From assembly GCA_963770895.1 (NCBI GenBank), contig CAVYRF010000002.1:5696001-5760000 (forward strand): a stretch of 64,000 nt of DNA, read 5' to 3'. This document shows, piece by piece, positions 40,759 to 55,177 of the stretch. The stretch's first letter is position 1. Every line of letters starts with the position of its first letter. This stretch comes from an uncultured Acidobacteriota bacterium (GTDB taxonomy: Bacteria > Acidobacteriota > Thermoanaerobaculia > Multivoradales > UBA5704). The position numbers and the translations under genes are program-made. Below the pieces are notes generated by a model. It was not told the origin of the DNA, ran no database searches, and saw only the letters and a program-made list of their open reading frames with translations.

Positions 40759-42348
40759 TTAGGGAACCTGGACGACCGCGAAGAACGGCGGCAGGCTTTC
40801 GCCGCGGCGGCCGAAGCGCAGGGTGTACAGCCGGATGTAGGACTTGGACTTGGCGCTCTGCACCGCGCGCTCGAAGTCCGCGACGTTCTTGACCGGCTGG
40901 CCGTTGACCTCGCTGATGATGTTGCCGGGCCGCACCGCCTGGTCGTACAGCGGGCTGGTGGCGGCGACGTCGGTGACCAGCACGCCGCTGACGCCGGCCG
41001 GCAGGCTGTAGGTGGAACGGATGCTCTGCGAGATGTCCTGGTACTGCAGTCCCAGCCAGTTGATGCCGCTGTTGCCGTCCTGCTTTTCCTCGGTGCTGGC
41101 CTGCTGGTTGAGCGGCGGCCGCTCGCTGAGCTTGACGTCGTGGTTGGCGCTCTTGCCGTCGCGCAGCACGGTGAGGGTCACCGTCGCGTGCGGGCCCTTG
41201 GCGGCGACGTATTCGATCAGGTCGCGGGTGGTCTTGATGTGATGCCCGTCGACCGCGGTGATGATGTCGCCATGCTGGATGCCGGCGTCAGCCGCCGGGG
41301 TGCCGCTCACCACGTCGCCGACCAGCGCGCCGTCGGTCGAGGTCAGCCCGAACGCCTGGGCGTGCGGCCAGTCGAGATTCATGATGCTGATGCCCAGGTA
41401 GCCGCGGCTCACCTTCCCCTTGTCGCGAAGCTGCGGCAGGATTTCCTTGAGCGTGTTGACCGGCACGGCAAAGCCGATGTTTTCAGCGCCGTAGTTGATG
41501 GCGCTCGCGACGCCCACCACCTGGCCCTGGAGGTTGACCAGCGGCCCGCCGGAGTTGCCGAAGTTGATGGCGGCGTCGGTCTGCAGGAAGTTTTCAAACG
41601 ACACGTCGTTGATGCCGAGCGACCGCCCCTTGGCGCTGATCACGCCGGTGGTCACGGTCTTGTTGAGGTTGAGCGGGTTGCCGATGACCATCACCCAGTC
41701 GCCGACCCGCGCGCGGTCGCTGTCGCCCAGCTCCAGGTACTTGAGCGAGCTGCCGGCGTCGATCTTGAGCAGCGCCAGATCGGTCGCCGCGTCGGCGCCC
41801 TTGACCTTGGCGGTGTAGTCGCGATCGCCCAGGTGGACCTTGATGTCGGACGCGCCTTCGATCACGTGGTTGTTGGTGACGATCAGCCCGTCACGCGAGA
41901 TCACGAAGCCGCTGCCGCCGGCTTCGGACCGGTAGTCTTCGGGTTGCTGCTGCTGCTGGGGCTGGGCGCCGTCGTCGTCCTGGCCCTGACCCCGGCCGCG
42001 CGGGCCGAAGAAGAACTCAAACGGATCGATGCCGTTCTGTCCGCCCTGCCCACCCTGACCGCCCTGACCCCGACGGCTGCCGCGTCCGCGCGTCGCCTTC
42101 TCGATGGTCGAGGCCTGGATGGAAACGATGGCCGGATCGACCGCCTCCGCCAGATCGGCGAAGCTGGGCAGGCCATGGGTCGTCGTCGCGGTGTTTTCGG
42201 CGGCGTGCGTAGCCGAGAGCGTGGTGTCAGATTGCTGCGTCATCCCTGGCACCGTCATGCCCAGGCCACCCGCCAGGACCATTCCAAAGACAACCGCTCC
42301 CAAGACCAGCAAGAACGTTGAGACTTGGCGATTGCGGATCGTGCTCAT
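40759..42348 (-). CDS. degP: Do/DegP family serine protease with two PDZ domains
   Basis: Motifs GSGF, TNNHV, DLAL and INFGNSGGP. Confidence 0.9.
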   Translation of the reverse strand: MSTIRNRQVSTFLLVLGAVVFGMVLAGGLGMTVPGMTQQSDTTLSATHAAENTATTTHGLPSFADLAEAVDPAIVSIQASTIEKATRGRGSRRGQGGQGGQGGQNGIDPFEFFFGPRGRGQGQDDDGAQPQQQQQPEDYRSEAGGSGFVISRDGLIVTNNHVIEGASDIKVHLGDRDYTAKVKGADAATDLALLKIDAGSSLKYLELGDSDRARVGDWVMVIGNPLNLNKTVTTGVISAKGRSLGINDVSFENFLQTDAAINFGNSGGPLVNLQGQVVGVASAINYGAENIGFAVPVNTLKEILPQLRDKGKVSRGYLGISIMNLDWPHAQAFGLTSTDGALVGDVVSGTPAADAGIQHGDIITAVDGHHIKTTRDLIEYVAAKGPHATVTLTVLRDGKSANHDVKLSERPPLNQQASTEEKQDGNSGINWLGLQYQDISQSIRSTYSLPAGVSGVLVTDVAATSPLYDQAVRPGNIISEVNGQPVKNVADFERAVQSAKSKSYIRLYTLRFGRRGESLPPFFAVVQVP

Positions 42349-42713
42349 GAGTGCTGCGATCTCCTTTCCGTCTTCATGCTCCTGCCCACTACAAGCAAAT
42401 GATCTGCCAGGCATATTTCAGAGGGAAAGCCCCAACCCTGGGCCAGAATTGCGCCGTTTTGGCACATGCCGGATCGTTTTCCCCTGTCGGCACAGCTGGA
42501 AAGGACAGCGCGAAGGGTCGGGATCGTCCGTTTTGGGGATCGTCAACGGATCCGCTGACCGCCCGCGAAACCGTGGGTAGTCCTTTGGGATGAAACCTGG
42601 GGCGCCGCCGCGCACCCGAGTCGCTCGCCGGGTTTTGGCGCGGTGGTCAGGTGGTGTATCATGGGCGAGCGCTCGCTGTGTCGAGCGGGGGCAAGGCATT
42701 CGGTCCAAGCAAC

Positions 42714-42742
42714 TTGTAGGCGCAGCCGGAAGCTCCTATACT
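42714..42742 (+). promoter_or_regulatory. Probable promoter of the rimP-nusA operon (TTGTAG-17-TATACT)
   Basis: Hexamers and spacing read directly. Confidence 0.6.
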
Positions 42743-42784
42743 TCACGATGGGAGCTTGCCCCGGTCCCGTGAGGGATCGGCTCG

Positions 42785-42810
42785 AAGTGGGCCTCACGCC
42801 CACTTTTTTT
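42785..42810 (+). terminator. rimP leader terminator/attenuator hairpin AAGTGGGC-CTCAC-GCCCACTT-T-tract
   Basis: Perfect stem plus U-tract in the 5' leader of rimP, as commonly seen for this operon. Confidence 0.75.
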
Positions 42811-42849
42811 GTTGGGGCAAAGGAAATCCGCGAGGACAAAACGTAGACT

Positions 42850-43671
42850 GTGCGAGCACGCAAATCCATCGAGAACGCGCATGGCGGCGACAGCGGCCGG
42901 GCGTCGGTCCACGCCCTGACTCCTGAAATCGAAGCGGAGCTGCGCGATATCGCGGAGGCAACGGGCTGCGAGCTGCTGCACGCCGAATGGAAGGGTGGCA
43001 TCCTGCGGCTGATCCTGGATCGGGCGGACGGTGAGGCACCCGCCGCCCCAGGCGCTCCCGCTGCACCCGCCGCCCCCTCTGCTTGGACAGCCCCGCCGCT
43101 CGCTTCGATCGCATCGCCCTTCCCCATCGCCCTTGCCGCCGTCGCCGCGGGCACCCAGGAAGCCGACGCGTCGGCGGCTCTGGCCGATTCTGCGCTCGAC
43201 GCGGCCGCGGGCGCCGCCGGCGCGCCCTCTCAGCAGGGCGTTTCGCTGGGCGACTGCGAACTGGTCGCCAAACTGGCTGGGGCTTTCCTCGACGTGCTGG
43301 ATTTCGGCAATGGGCGCTATACGCTGGAGGTTTCGTCGCCGGGCCTGGATCGCCAGCTGTACAGCGCGCGCGACTACCAGCGCTTCGTGGGCAGGCTGGC
43401 CAAGGTCACCTTCGAGCTGCCCGGCTCCCCTGCCGCGGCCGCGTCGGGTGCAGGGTCGCGGGCCGTGCAGGCGGTGCGTCCCGCGCGCCGCACCGTGGTG
43501 GCCCGGCTGGCGGAGTTCCGCCGGCCCGCAGGCGCCGCCCCCGCCACCCCTGCAGGCAGCGCCGACACCGCGCAACTGGGCGAAGTGACGCTGCTGGACG
43601 AGCGGACGGGCGAACGCCTGACGTTGCCGCTCTCGAGCATCCGCCTGGCCCGTCTGGAGGTCGAGCTGTGA
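42850..43671 (+). CDS. rimP: Ribosome maturation factor RimP with large low-complexity insertions
   Basis: Motifs GVSLGDC and YTLEVSSPGLDR; position upstream of nusA. Confidence 0.9.
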   Translation: MRARKSIENAHGGDSGRASVHALTPEIEAELRDIAEATGCELLHAEWKGGILRLILDRADGEAPAAPGAPAAPAAPSAWTAPPLASIASPFPIALAAVAAGTQEADASAALADSALDAAAGAAGAPSQQGVSLGDCELVAKLAGAFLDVLDFGNGRYTLEVSSPGLDRQLYSARDYQRFVGRLAKVTFELPGSPAAAASGAGSRAVQAVRPARRTVVARLAEFRRPAGAAPATPAGSADTAQLGEVTLLDERTGERLTLPLSSIRLARLEVEL

Positions 43672-43784
43672 GGGGCCGATCGCTGTGCCGGCGCCTTGCC
43701 GTGCGGCCCGAAGCCGCTATCGAATCGTGTCATGATCACACGCTTGCCGCCTTCACAGGTTGGATCAGCAGATAGGAAACCGAC

Positions 43785-45404
<1,620 letters not shown>

Positions 45405-45503
45405 AACCCGCACGGACGCGGCGCGGACGACGCGCGCCGCCGCGGGTGAGGTGACGCAGGTACGGCGCAGGCGCAAGGGATATCGACAGGAGCTCCAAAG
45501 AAT

Positions 45504-48458
45504 ATGGGAAAAGTTCGCGTACAGGACCTCGCTCGGATGATGGGGATCTCCAACCAGGACCTCGTCTTCAAGCTGAAGTCCATCGGTGTCCGCGTCGAAG
45601 GCGATGACGCTCACATCGACACCGACATCATTTCGGCGATTCTGCAGGGCAAGAAGCTGCCCCATCCGCGCGAGGTCATCCTGCGCGACGAGCCGGCAGC
45701 CCCCGAATCGCCTGCGGCGGCACGCCGCCGCGCGCCGGTCGCTCCCGCGCCGCGCCGCCCGCCTGCCAATCCGCTGCGGCCCAACCGGCCCCGCACGCTG
45801 ATCCAGAAGGTGGAGCCGCGCATCCAGACGATGCCCGCCTCCGAGCGCCCCGCCACCATGGCCGGCGGTGCCCTCCTGCCGGGCGGCGCTTCCCCCGCCG
45901 GCATGGCGCTGGGCGGCGGCACCCCCGCGGCACACGCCGGGTCCGCTCCGGCGGCGCTGGGCGGCGCCACGTCGGCCGCCGCCACCAACGGCCCGGCTGC
46001 CTTTGGCGGCTACGCCGGCGCCACCAGCTCGCAGCACGCTCCCGAGGCGAACCCGGCGCACCCGGCGAACCCGGCGAGCGTTGCGGCGCCCGCCCACGCC
46101 GCCCTCGGCGCCGTGGCGCAGCCGGCCGCCCCCAGGCCGCCGGTGGCGACGCACGCACCCCACGCCCCGAGCGGCGCCGCATCGCCGGGGTTTGGCGGCG
46201 GTTACCAGGGCGACCCCGCCCGCTCCGCCATGCGTCCCGGCAGCGGCGCCCCGGCGCGCCCCACAGGGCCCGGTTCGTCACCGTCCCAGGTTTCGGCGCC
46301 GGGCGGCTACCGCGGCGCCGGCGCCGCCACGGCGACGTCCGGCCGTCCGGGCGGCCCGCCCTCCTCGCAACCCGGCGGCGGGATGCGTCCCGGCGGCGCC
46401 ACCGCGCCCGCTCCGGGCGACCTGCGCCGCCGCCCCGAGCGCGTCATCGAGTCGCCGCCCAAGCAGGACAAGAACAAGAAGAAGCCAGGAAAGGGCGTCA
46501 AGAAGCCCGGTGTGCGCCCCGCCGAAGAGGAAGATCTGAAGGCCTACAAGGGCACGATCGAGGACGACATCGACGGCGTCGAAGAGGGCGTCGAAGGCGC
46601 CGCCGGCCGCCGCCGCCGCCGCGCCCTGCGCAAGGAAGACGAAGAGCGCGAGGGTGGCAAGCTCCTCACCTTCAAGAAGGCGCCGCCGCAAGGCACGGTG
46701 ATGATCGGCGAGGGCATGACGCTGCGCGAGTTCGCCGAAAAGCTCGGCGTCAAGTCGCGCGACCTCATCAAGGCGCTGTTCGATCGCGGCATCATGGCCA
46801 ACATCAACCAGGTGATCGATACCGAGCTGGCGCAGCAGCTGGCCAAGGACCTGGGTGTCGAAACCATGGTGGTGTCGTTCGAAGAAGAGGTGCAGCTCAA
46901 GGAAGAGCAAGCCGGCAACGCCCGCGAGCAGGTGGTCGAAGGCCGCGTGCCGCGCGCTCCGGTCGTCACCATCATGGGCCACGTCGATCACGGCAAGACG
47001 TCGCTGCTCGACGTCATCCGCTCCTCGAAGGTCACCGAAAGCGAGTTCGGCGGCATCACCCAGCACATCGGCGCCTACCACGTGGGCGTGCACGGCCGCC
47101 AGGTGGTGTTCCTGGATACGCCGGGCCACGAGGCCTTCACCATGATGCGCGCCCGCGGCGCCCGCGTCACCGACATCGTGGTCCTGGTGGTGGCGGCCGA
47201 CGACGGCGTGATGCCGCAGACCGTCGAAGCCATCGACCACGCGCGCGCCGCCGGCGTGCCGATCGTCGTGGCGATCAACAAGATCGACAAGGCCAACGCC
47301 AACCCCGACCGGGTGAAGCGCGAGCTGTCCGATCGCGGCCTGATGCCCGAGGATTGGGGCGGCGACACGGTGATGGTGCCGGTGTCGGCGCTCAAGAAGC
47401 AGGGCATCCAGGAGCTGCTGGAGATGATCCTGCTGACCGCCGACATCCTGGAGCTCAAGGCCAGCCCCGAGATCCAGGCGCAGGGCGCGGTGCTCGAAGC
47501 GCGCAAGGAGGTCGGCCGCGGCATCGTCGCCACCGTCCTGGTGCAGAACGGCACGCTCAAGGTGGGCGACGTCTTTGTCTCCGGCGCCACCTGGGGCCGC
47601 ATCCGCTCGATGAGCGACGACCTCGGCCAGCGGGCGCAAAAGGCCGGCCCCTCGACGCCGGTCGAAGCCACCGGCTTCAACGACCTGCCGGACGCCGGCG
47701 ACCTGCTGCAGGTGGTGGACGACGAATCGCGGGCGCGCGGCATCGCCGAGTACCGGGCGCAGGAGGTGCGCAGCCGCGACCTCAACCCCACCCAGGGGCG
47801 GCTGTCGCTCGAGCAGCTCTTCGACCGCATCCAGGAGGGCGAGGTCAAGGAGCTGCCGGTGGTGCTCAAGGCCGACGTGCAAGGGTCGGTCGAAGTGCTG
47901 CGCGAAGCGCTGGCCAAGATCAACACCGATCGGGTCAAGGTGCAGGTGATCCACGCCGGCGTCGGCGCCATCTCGACCAACGACGTGCTGCTCGCCTCGG
48001 CGTCGCGTGCCGTCGTCGTCGGCTTCAACGTCCGCCCCGAGCGCGCCGCCACCGAGCTGGCGGAAAAAGAGCAGATCGACATCCGCCTGCACACCGTCAT
48101 CTACGAGCTGCTCGACGAGCTGCGCAAGGCGATGACCGGCCTGCTCGATCCCACCTTCCGCGAGGTGGCCACCGGGCGCGCCGAAGTGCGCGACACCTTC
48201 AAGGTGCCCAAGGTGGGGACGATCGGCGGCTGCCACGTGGTCGAAGGAATCATCCCCCGTCACGCCGCCGTCCGCCTGGTGCGCGACAACCGCGTGATGT
48301 ACGAAGGCAAGATCTCGTCGCTGCGCCGTTTCAAGGACGACGTGTCCGAGGTGCGCGTGGGCTTCGACTGCGGCATCGGCCTGGAACGCTTCCAGGACCT
48401 CAAGCCCGGCGACTTCATCGAGGCCCACGTTCGCGAAGAGGTGGCGCCGGTGCTCTGA
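45504..48458 (+). CDS. infB: Translation initiation factor IF-2
   Basis: Motifs MGHVDHGKTS, DTPGH and NKID. Confidence 0.97.
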   Translation: MGKVRVQDLARMMGISNQDLVFKLKSIGVRVEGDDAHIDTDIISAILQGKKLPHPREVILRDEPAAPESPAAARRRAPVAPAPRRPPANPLRPNRPRTLIQKVEPRIQTMPASERPATMAGGALLPGGASPAGMALGGGTPAAHAGSAPAALGGATSAAATNGPAAFGGYAGATSSQHAPEANPAHPANPASVAAPAHAALGAVAQPAAPRPPVATHAPHAPSGAASPGFGGGYQGDPARSAMRPGSGAPARPTGPGSSPSQVSAPGGYRGAGAATATSGRPGGPPSSQPGGGMRPGGATAPAPGDLRRRPERVIESPPKQDKNKKKPGKGVKKPGVRPAEEEDLKAYKGTIEDDIDGVEEGVEGAAGRRRRRALRKEDEEREGGKLLTFKKAPPQGTVMIGEGMTLREFAEKLGVKSRDLIKALFDRGIMANINQVIDTELAQQLAKDLGVETMVVSFEEEVQLKEEQAGNAREQVVEGRVPRAPVVTIMGHVDHGKTSLLDVIRSSKVTESEFGGITQHIGAYHVGVHGRQVVFLDTPGHEAFTMMRARGARVTDIVVLVVAADDGVMPQTVEAIDHARAAGVPIVVAINKIDKANANPDRVKRELSDRGLMPEDWGGDTVMVPVSALKKQGIQELLEMILLTADILELKASPEIQAQGAVLEARKEVGRGIVATVLVQNGTLKVGDVFVSGATWGRIRSMSDDLGQRAQKAGPSTPVEATGFNDLPDAGDLLQVVDDESRARGIAEYRAQEVRSRDLNPTQGRLSLEQLFDRIQEGEVKELPVVLKADVQGSVEVLREALAKINTDRVKVQVIHAGVGAISTNDVLLASASRAVVVGFNVRPERAATELAEKEQIDIRLHTVIYELLDELRKAMTGLLDPTFREVATGRAEVRDTFKVPKVGTIGGCHVVEGIIPRHAAVRLVRDNRVMYEGKISSLRRFKDDVSEVRVGFDCGIGLERFQDLKPGDFIEAHVREEVAPVL

Positions 48459-48525
48459 CCCCGCGGGACCTGACGGTTCCGCCGCGCCAGAGCTCGCGCA
48501 CCCTTTCCCTGCCGAGGTGCCGCCG

Positions 48526-48819
48526 ATGGTCGTCGGAATCGTCAGTTTCGAGCTGCATCTGCCCGAAAGCCGCAGCCTCAAGGACAAGCGGCGGGTTCTC
48601 AAGTCGCTGATCGATCGGGTATTTCAACGCTACCGGGTGTCGATCGCCGAGACCGCCTTCCACGACCTCCACCAGCGGGCGGAGATCTCGATCGCGGCGG
48701 TGACGGTCAAAGAGGTGGAGATGGAGACGTTGATGGAGAACGTCAGGGGCCTGGTGGAGAGCCTCCACGAGGCCTACCTCACGCGCTGGGATCCGCAGCT
48801 GCTGGAGGCGGCACCGTGA
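48526..48819 (+). CDS. DUF503 (YlxP-like) protein
   Basis: Motif SLKDKRR..KS; conserved position after infB. Confidence 0.88.
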   Translation: MVVGIVSFELHLPESRSLKDKRRVLKSLIDRVFQRYRVSIAETAFHDLHQRAEISIAAVTVKEVEMETLMENVRGLVESLHEAYLTRWDPQLLEAAP

Positions 48820-49178
48820 GCCGGCGCACCGATCGCATCGCCGACCAGCTGCGGCTTGAGCTGTCCGACCTGGTGCGGCGGGAAGTGCATGACCCGCGCC
48901 TCCGCCAGGCCAGCCTGGTGGGGATCATGGACATCGACGTTTCGCCCGACCTGCGCCGCGCGGTGGTGAAGGTTTCGGCGCTGGGCGAAGAGCAGGATCG
49001 CCTGGCGACGATAGCCGCCCTGCAGCACGCGCGCGGTTTCCTGCGTTCCGAGCTGGCCCGCCGCCTGCGGCTGCGGGTCACCCCGGAGCTTCATTTCGAG
49101 CTCGACCGCGGCGCCGAGCACAGCCAGTCCATCGCGGACCTCTTGGAGAGCCTCCATGGCCGGAACCAAAGCTCCTGA
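48816..49178 (+). CDS. rbfA: 30S ribosome-binding factor RbfA
   Basis: Motifs DPRL, VSPDL, GFLRSEL and TPELHF..D. Confidence 0.93.
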   Translation: MSRRTDRIADQLRLELSDLVRREVHDPRLRQASLVGIMDIDVSPDLRRAVVKVSALGEEQDRLATIAALQHARGFLRSELARRLRLRVTPELHFELDRGAEHSQSIADLLESLHGRNQSS

Positions 49179-50259
49179 AGACCTGCTACGTAAGATCCGG
49201 CAAGGAAATCGCTTCCTGCTGACCAGCCATATCAACCCCGACGGTGACGCCATCGGTTCCGAGCTCGGTCTGGCGCGCATGCTGCGCCAGCTGGGCAAGG
49301 GCGCGGTGGTGTGGAACCGCGACGAAACGCCGGCGATCTATCGCCCGCTGCCGGGCAGCGACCGGGTGCACGTCGGCGCCGAGCCTCCCGCCGGCTTCCC
49401 CGACAAGTTCGACGCCCTGATCATCCTGGAGTGCCCGAGCCCCGACCGCACCGGCCTCGAGCAGCACCTGACCGCGCTGCCGGTGCTCAATATCGACCAC
49501 CACCTGGGCAACCAGCACTACGGCGTCGTCAACTGGGTGGACTCGGCGGCGCCGGCGGTGGGAGAAATGGTGTTCCGTCTGGCGCAGGCGCTCAAGGTGG
49601 CGCTCGAGCCGGACGTCGCCAGCTGCCTGTACCTGACGCTGGTGACCGACACCGGCGGTTTCCGCTTCTCGAACGCCACGCCGGCCGCCTTCGAAGCAGC
49701 CGCCGCGCTGGTGCGCGAGGGGGCGCATCCCGAGCAGGTGGCGCAGTGGCTGTACGAGAGCCAACCGGAGTCGGTGGTGCGGCTGCTGGGGGAAATGCTG
49801 CGCACGTTGCGGCTGCACGATGGCGGGCGCATCGCTACCGTCCACCTGGACCCCGCCATGTTCGAGCGCGCCGGCGCCAGCGCCGGCGATTCCGAAGGGT
49901 TGATCGACCAGCCGCGTTCGATCGCCGGCGTCGATGCCGTGGCGCTGATCCGCCAGCGGCCCGACGGCAGCTGCAAGGTGTCGCTGCGCAGCCGCGGCGA
50001 AGTGGACGTCGAAAAGATCGCCCGCCACCACGGCGGCGGCGGCCATCGCAACGCCGCCGGCTACGCGGTGGCGGACGCATCGCCGGCAGCGGTGGAAGAG
50101 CAGGCGGTGCAGGCGCTTTCGGGTCTGCTCGCGGCGCCGGCCGACGGTGGTGACGGCGCGCCGGCCGACGGTGGTGACGGCGCGCCTGCCGACACCGCCG
50201 GCGACGACGGCGCGGCCGCGGCATCGTCCCCCGCAGCGGGCACCGCTGCCGCCAGCTGA
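49156..50259 (+). CDS. nrnA: Bifunctional oligoribonuclease/PAP phosphatase NrnA (DHH family)
   Basis: Motifs HINPDGDAIG, IDHH, TDTG.F and GGGGH..AAG. Confidence 0.92.
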   Translation: MAGTKAPEDLLRKIRQGNRFLLTSHINPDGDAIGSELGLARMLRQLGKGAVVWNRDETPAIYRPLPGSDRVHVGAEPPAGFPDKFDALIILECPSPDRTGLEQHLTALPVLNIDHHLGNQHYGVVNWVDSAAPAVGEMVFRLAQALKVALEPDVASCLYLTLVTDTGGFRFSNATPAAFEAAAALVREGAHPEQVAQWLYESQPESVVRLLGEMLRTLRLHDGGRIATVHLDPAMFERAGASAGDSEGLIDQPRSIAGVDAVALIRQRPDGSCKVSLRSRGEVDVEKIARHHGGGGHRNAAGYAVADASPAAVEEQAVQALSGLLAAPADGGDGAPADGGDGAPADTAGDDGAAAASSPAAGTAAAS

Positions 50260-50275
50260 GGCAGGCAGGCGCACG

Positions 50276-51397
50276 ATGAAAGACGGACTTCTCCTGATCG
50301 ACAAGGAGCCGGGCCTGACGTCGCACGACGTCGTGCAGCGGGCCCGGCGCCTGCTCAAGCAGAAAAAGATCGGCCATTGCGGCACGCTCGATCCGGACGC
50401 CACCGGTCTGCTGCTGCTCACGCTGGGCACCGCCACCCGGCTGACGCGCTTCCTCATCCGGGCGCCCAAGATCTACCACGGGGTCATACGCTTCGGCTTC
50501 ACCACCGACACCTACGACGCGACCGGCAAGGTGGTGCGCCAGGCCGCGCCGGGCGAAGTGGAGGCGCTGACCCAGGCGCAGGTGGCCGGCGCCATGCGCA
50601 CCTTCGTCGGCGCCATCGAGCAGCGGCCGCCCGCCTATTCGGCCAAAAAGGTCAACGGCGTCAAGTTCTACGAGATGGCGCGGCGCGGCGAAGAGGTTCC
50701 CGAGGAACCCAAGGAGGTCACGGTCTACGAGTTCGAGGCGACCGCCGACCTGGCGGAGGGGCGCCTGGCGTTCCGGCTGGGCTGCTCGTCGGGAACCTAC
50801 GCGCGGGCGCTGGCGCACGATCTGGGCAACCTCCTGGGCCCCGGCGCCCACCTGGCGGAGCTGCGCCGCATCAAGATCGGCGGCTTCCACGTCGATGCGG
50901 CGCTCACCCTGGCCCAGCTGCACGCCGCGCTCGCCCCCCCGTCCGCACCCTCCGTGGCACCGGCGCCGGCGGCGCCAGGCCAGGCGGCGGGCGCGGGCGC
51001 CCAGGCCGCCTCGGCGGCGGTGCCGGCTGCTGAAACCCCGCAGGCGTCGCCGGCCGCGGCCGCTACGACGGCGCCGCCGACTCCGCCGGCGCCGCTGGCG
51101 CCAGGCGCCGCGCCGGACGGCGGCCCGGCCGTGCCGTCGCTGCGCGGCCTGCCGCCCGGTTCGTGGATGCCGTTCGACGACATCCCGCTGCCGTTCGGCG
51201 AGGTGACCACCGATTCGCAGCAGGAGCTGCGCATCCTGCACGGACAGACGGTGCTGGTGCGCGAGCTGGCGGGCGACGAAGGGGATTGGGTCAAGCTGGT
51301 CAACCGGCGGCGGCAGTTCATCGCCATCGGCACCGTCATCGAGAAGATCGGCGGCGCCGGCGTCGGCATCGTCCAGCCCAAGGTCGTCTTCCGCTGA
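50276..51397 (+). CDS. truB: tRNA pseudouridine(55) synthase TruB
   Basis: Motifs DK..G.TSHDVV, GHCGTLDP, PP.YSA.K and GTY.RALA. Confidence 0.95.
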   Translation: MKDGLLLIDKEPGLTSHDVVQRARRLLKQKKIGHCGTLDPDATGLLLLTLGTATRLTRFLIRAPKIYHGVIRFGFTTDTYDATGKVVRQAAPGEVEALTQAQVAGAMRTFVGAIEQRPPAYSAKKVNGVKFYEMARRGEEVPEEPKEVTVYEFEATADLAEGRLAFRLGCSSGTYARALAHDLGNLLGPGAHLAELRRIKIGGFHVDAALTLAQLHAALAPPSAPSVAPAPAAPGQAAGAGAQAASAAVPAAETPQASPAAAATTAPPTPPAPLAPGAAPDGGPAVPSLRGLPPGSWMPFDDIPLPFGEVTTDSQQELRILHGQTVLVRELAGDEGDWVKLVNRRRQFIAIGTVIEKIGGAGVGIVQPKVVFR

Positions 51398-51539
51398 CCC
51401 GCCCAGCCCCGGCCGGCCTCCCCCACTCCCGCCCGGCGCCGGACCCCTGGCGGGTATGACGCAGGCGGCGGGCGCGACGCGGACAGCCTGCGTTATGCTA
51501 GACTTGCAGGCGGAATGATATGAGAGGAAGGAGTTTGCA

Positions 51540-51809
51540 TTGGCGCAAAGTACCCAAATGAAGCAGCTGGTCATCCAAGACTACCGGCTGCACGAGCGCG
51601 ACAGCGGGTCTCCCGAGGTGCAAGTGGCCCTGCTCACCAACCGCATCACCGAGCTGACGGACCACTTCAAGACCCATACCAAGGACCATCACAGCCGCCG
51701 CGGACTGCTCAAGCTGGTCGGACGGCGGCGTCGCCTGCTCGACTACCTCAAGGGGCAGGACGTCGAGCGCTATCGCGCCACGATCGAGCGCCTCGGGATC
51801 CGTAAATAG
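51540..51809 (+). CDS. rpsO: 30S ribosomal protein S15
   Basis: Motifs [13 protein letters not shown] and [10 protein letters not shown]; TTG start with AAGGAG RBS. Confidence 0.97.
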   Translation: MAQSTQMKQLVIQDYRLHERDSGSPEVQVALLTNRITELTDHFKTHTKDHHSRRGLLKLVGRRRRLLDYLKGQDVERYRATIERLGIRK

Positions 51810-52095
51810 GTCCCCGGCGGCTCTCGGCCCCCTCGCCCCCCTGGCGCCGCGGCATCGCGGCACCAGGTGCCTCGGCGGCTCTCAGCGGCTCCTGGCAGAC
51901 CCCGGCAGGTCCCGGCGCATGCGACGTTCCGGCGTGTCCGGATTCCGTTGCCCGCCGGTTGGCAGCCAAGCCGGAGGTGCCGGCCACCTGGCGGCGGCTC
52001 GCAGCTAGTGGCGGGACACTAGAGCCGCCCGTGGCCGTTTGTGCGCGCGCACGCATCGTGAACAGCGGAACTAGACCAGAGAGAAGACAGAAACC

Positions 52096-54359
<2,264 letters not shown>

Positions 54360-54360
<1 letters not shown>

Positions 54361-55166
54361 TGGCGGCGGCGGCAGCGGCGGGCTCCCCCGCCGACGACGG
54401 CCAGGGCGGCATCGCACTGCACGCCCTGGTCGCCTACCTGGACGAACTGCTGGAAGCCCGCAAGGGGGCCGACTTCGGCCCCAACGGCCTGCAGGTGGAG
54501 GGGCGCGAGCGGGTGCGCAAGGTGGTCACCGGCGTCTCGGCGTGCAGCGAGCTGTTCGAGCGCGCGCACGCCGCCGGCGCCGATGCCGTGCTGGTGCATC
54601 ACGGCCTGTTCTGGAAGGGGCCGCCGCTGCCGCTGACCGGCATCCGCTACCGGCGGGTGGCGCAGCTCATCCACTCCGGCATGAGCCTGATCGCCTACCA
54701 CCTGCCTTTGGACCGCGATCCCAAGCTGGGCAACAACGCCCTGGCCGCGCGCGCCTTCGGCCTGGGCGAGCTGGAACCGTTCGCGATGCACGACGGCCTG
54801 CCGATCGGCTGCAAGGGGAAATTTGCCGAGCCGGTGCCTGCCGGCCGCCTGGTCGAGCTGTGCCGTCAGGTCTTCGGTCAGGAGCCGCTGGCCTTTCTTA
54901 CCGGCCGCGCCCAGGTTGAGACGCTCGGCATGGTGAGCGGCGGCGGCCAGCGCGAGCTGTACCAGGCGATCGACGAAGGTCTGGACGCCTACGTCACCGG
55001 CGAATCGACCGAGTGGGTGATGAACGTCGCGCGCGAAGCCGGCATCCACTTTCTGGCCGCCGGCCACTACGCGACCGAGCGCCTGGGCGTGCGGGCGCTG
55101 GGCGAGCACGTCGCCCAGCGTTTTGCGGTCCAGGTGGAATTCATCGACGTGCCCAACCCGGTCTGA
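54360..55166 (+). CDS. Nif3-like (DUF34) dinuclear metal center protein
   Basis: Motifs NGLQVEG, VHHG, YHLPLD and GHYATE. Confidence 0.92.
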
Positions 55167-55177
55167 CCGGCCCCCCC

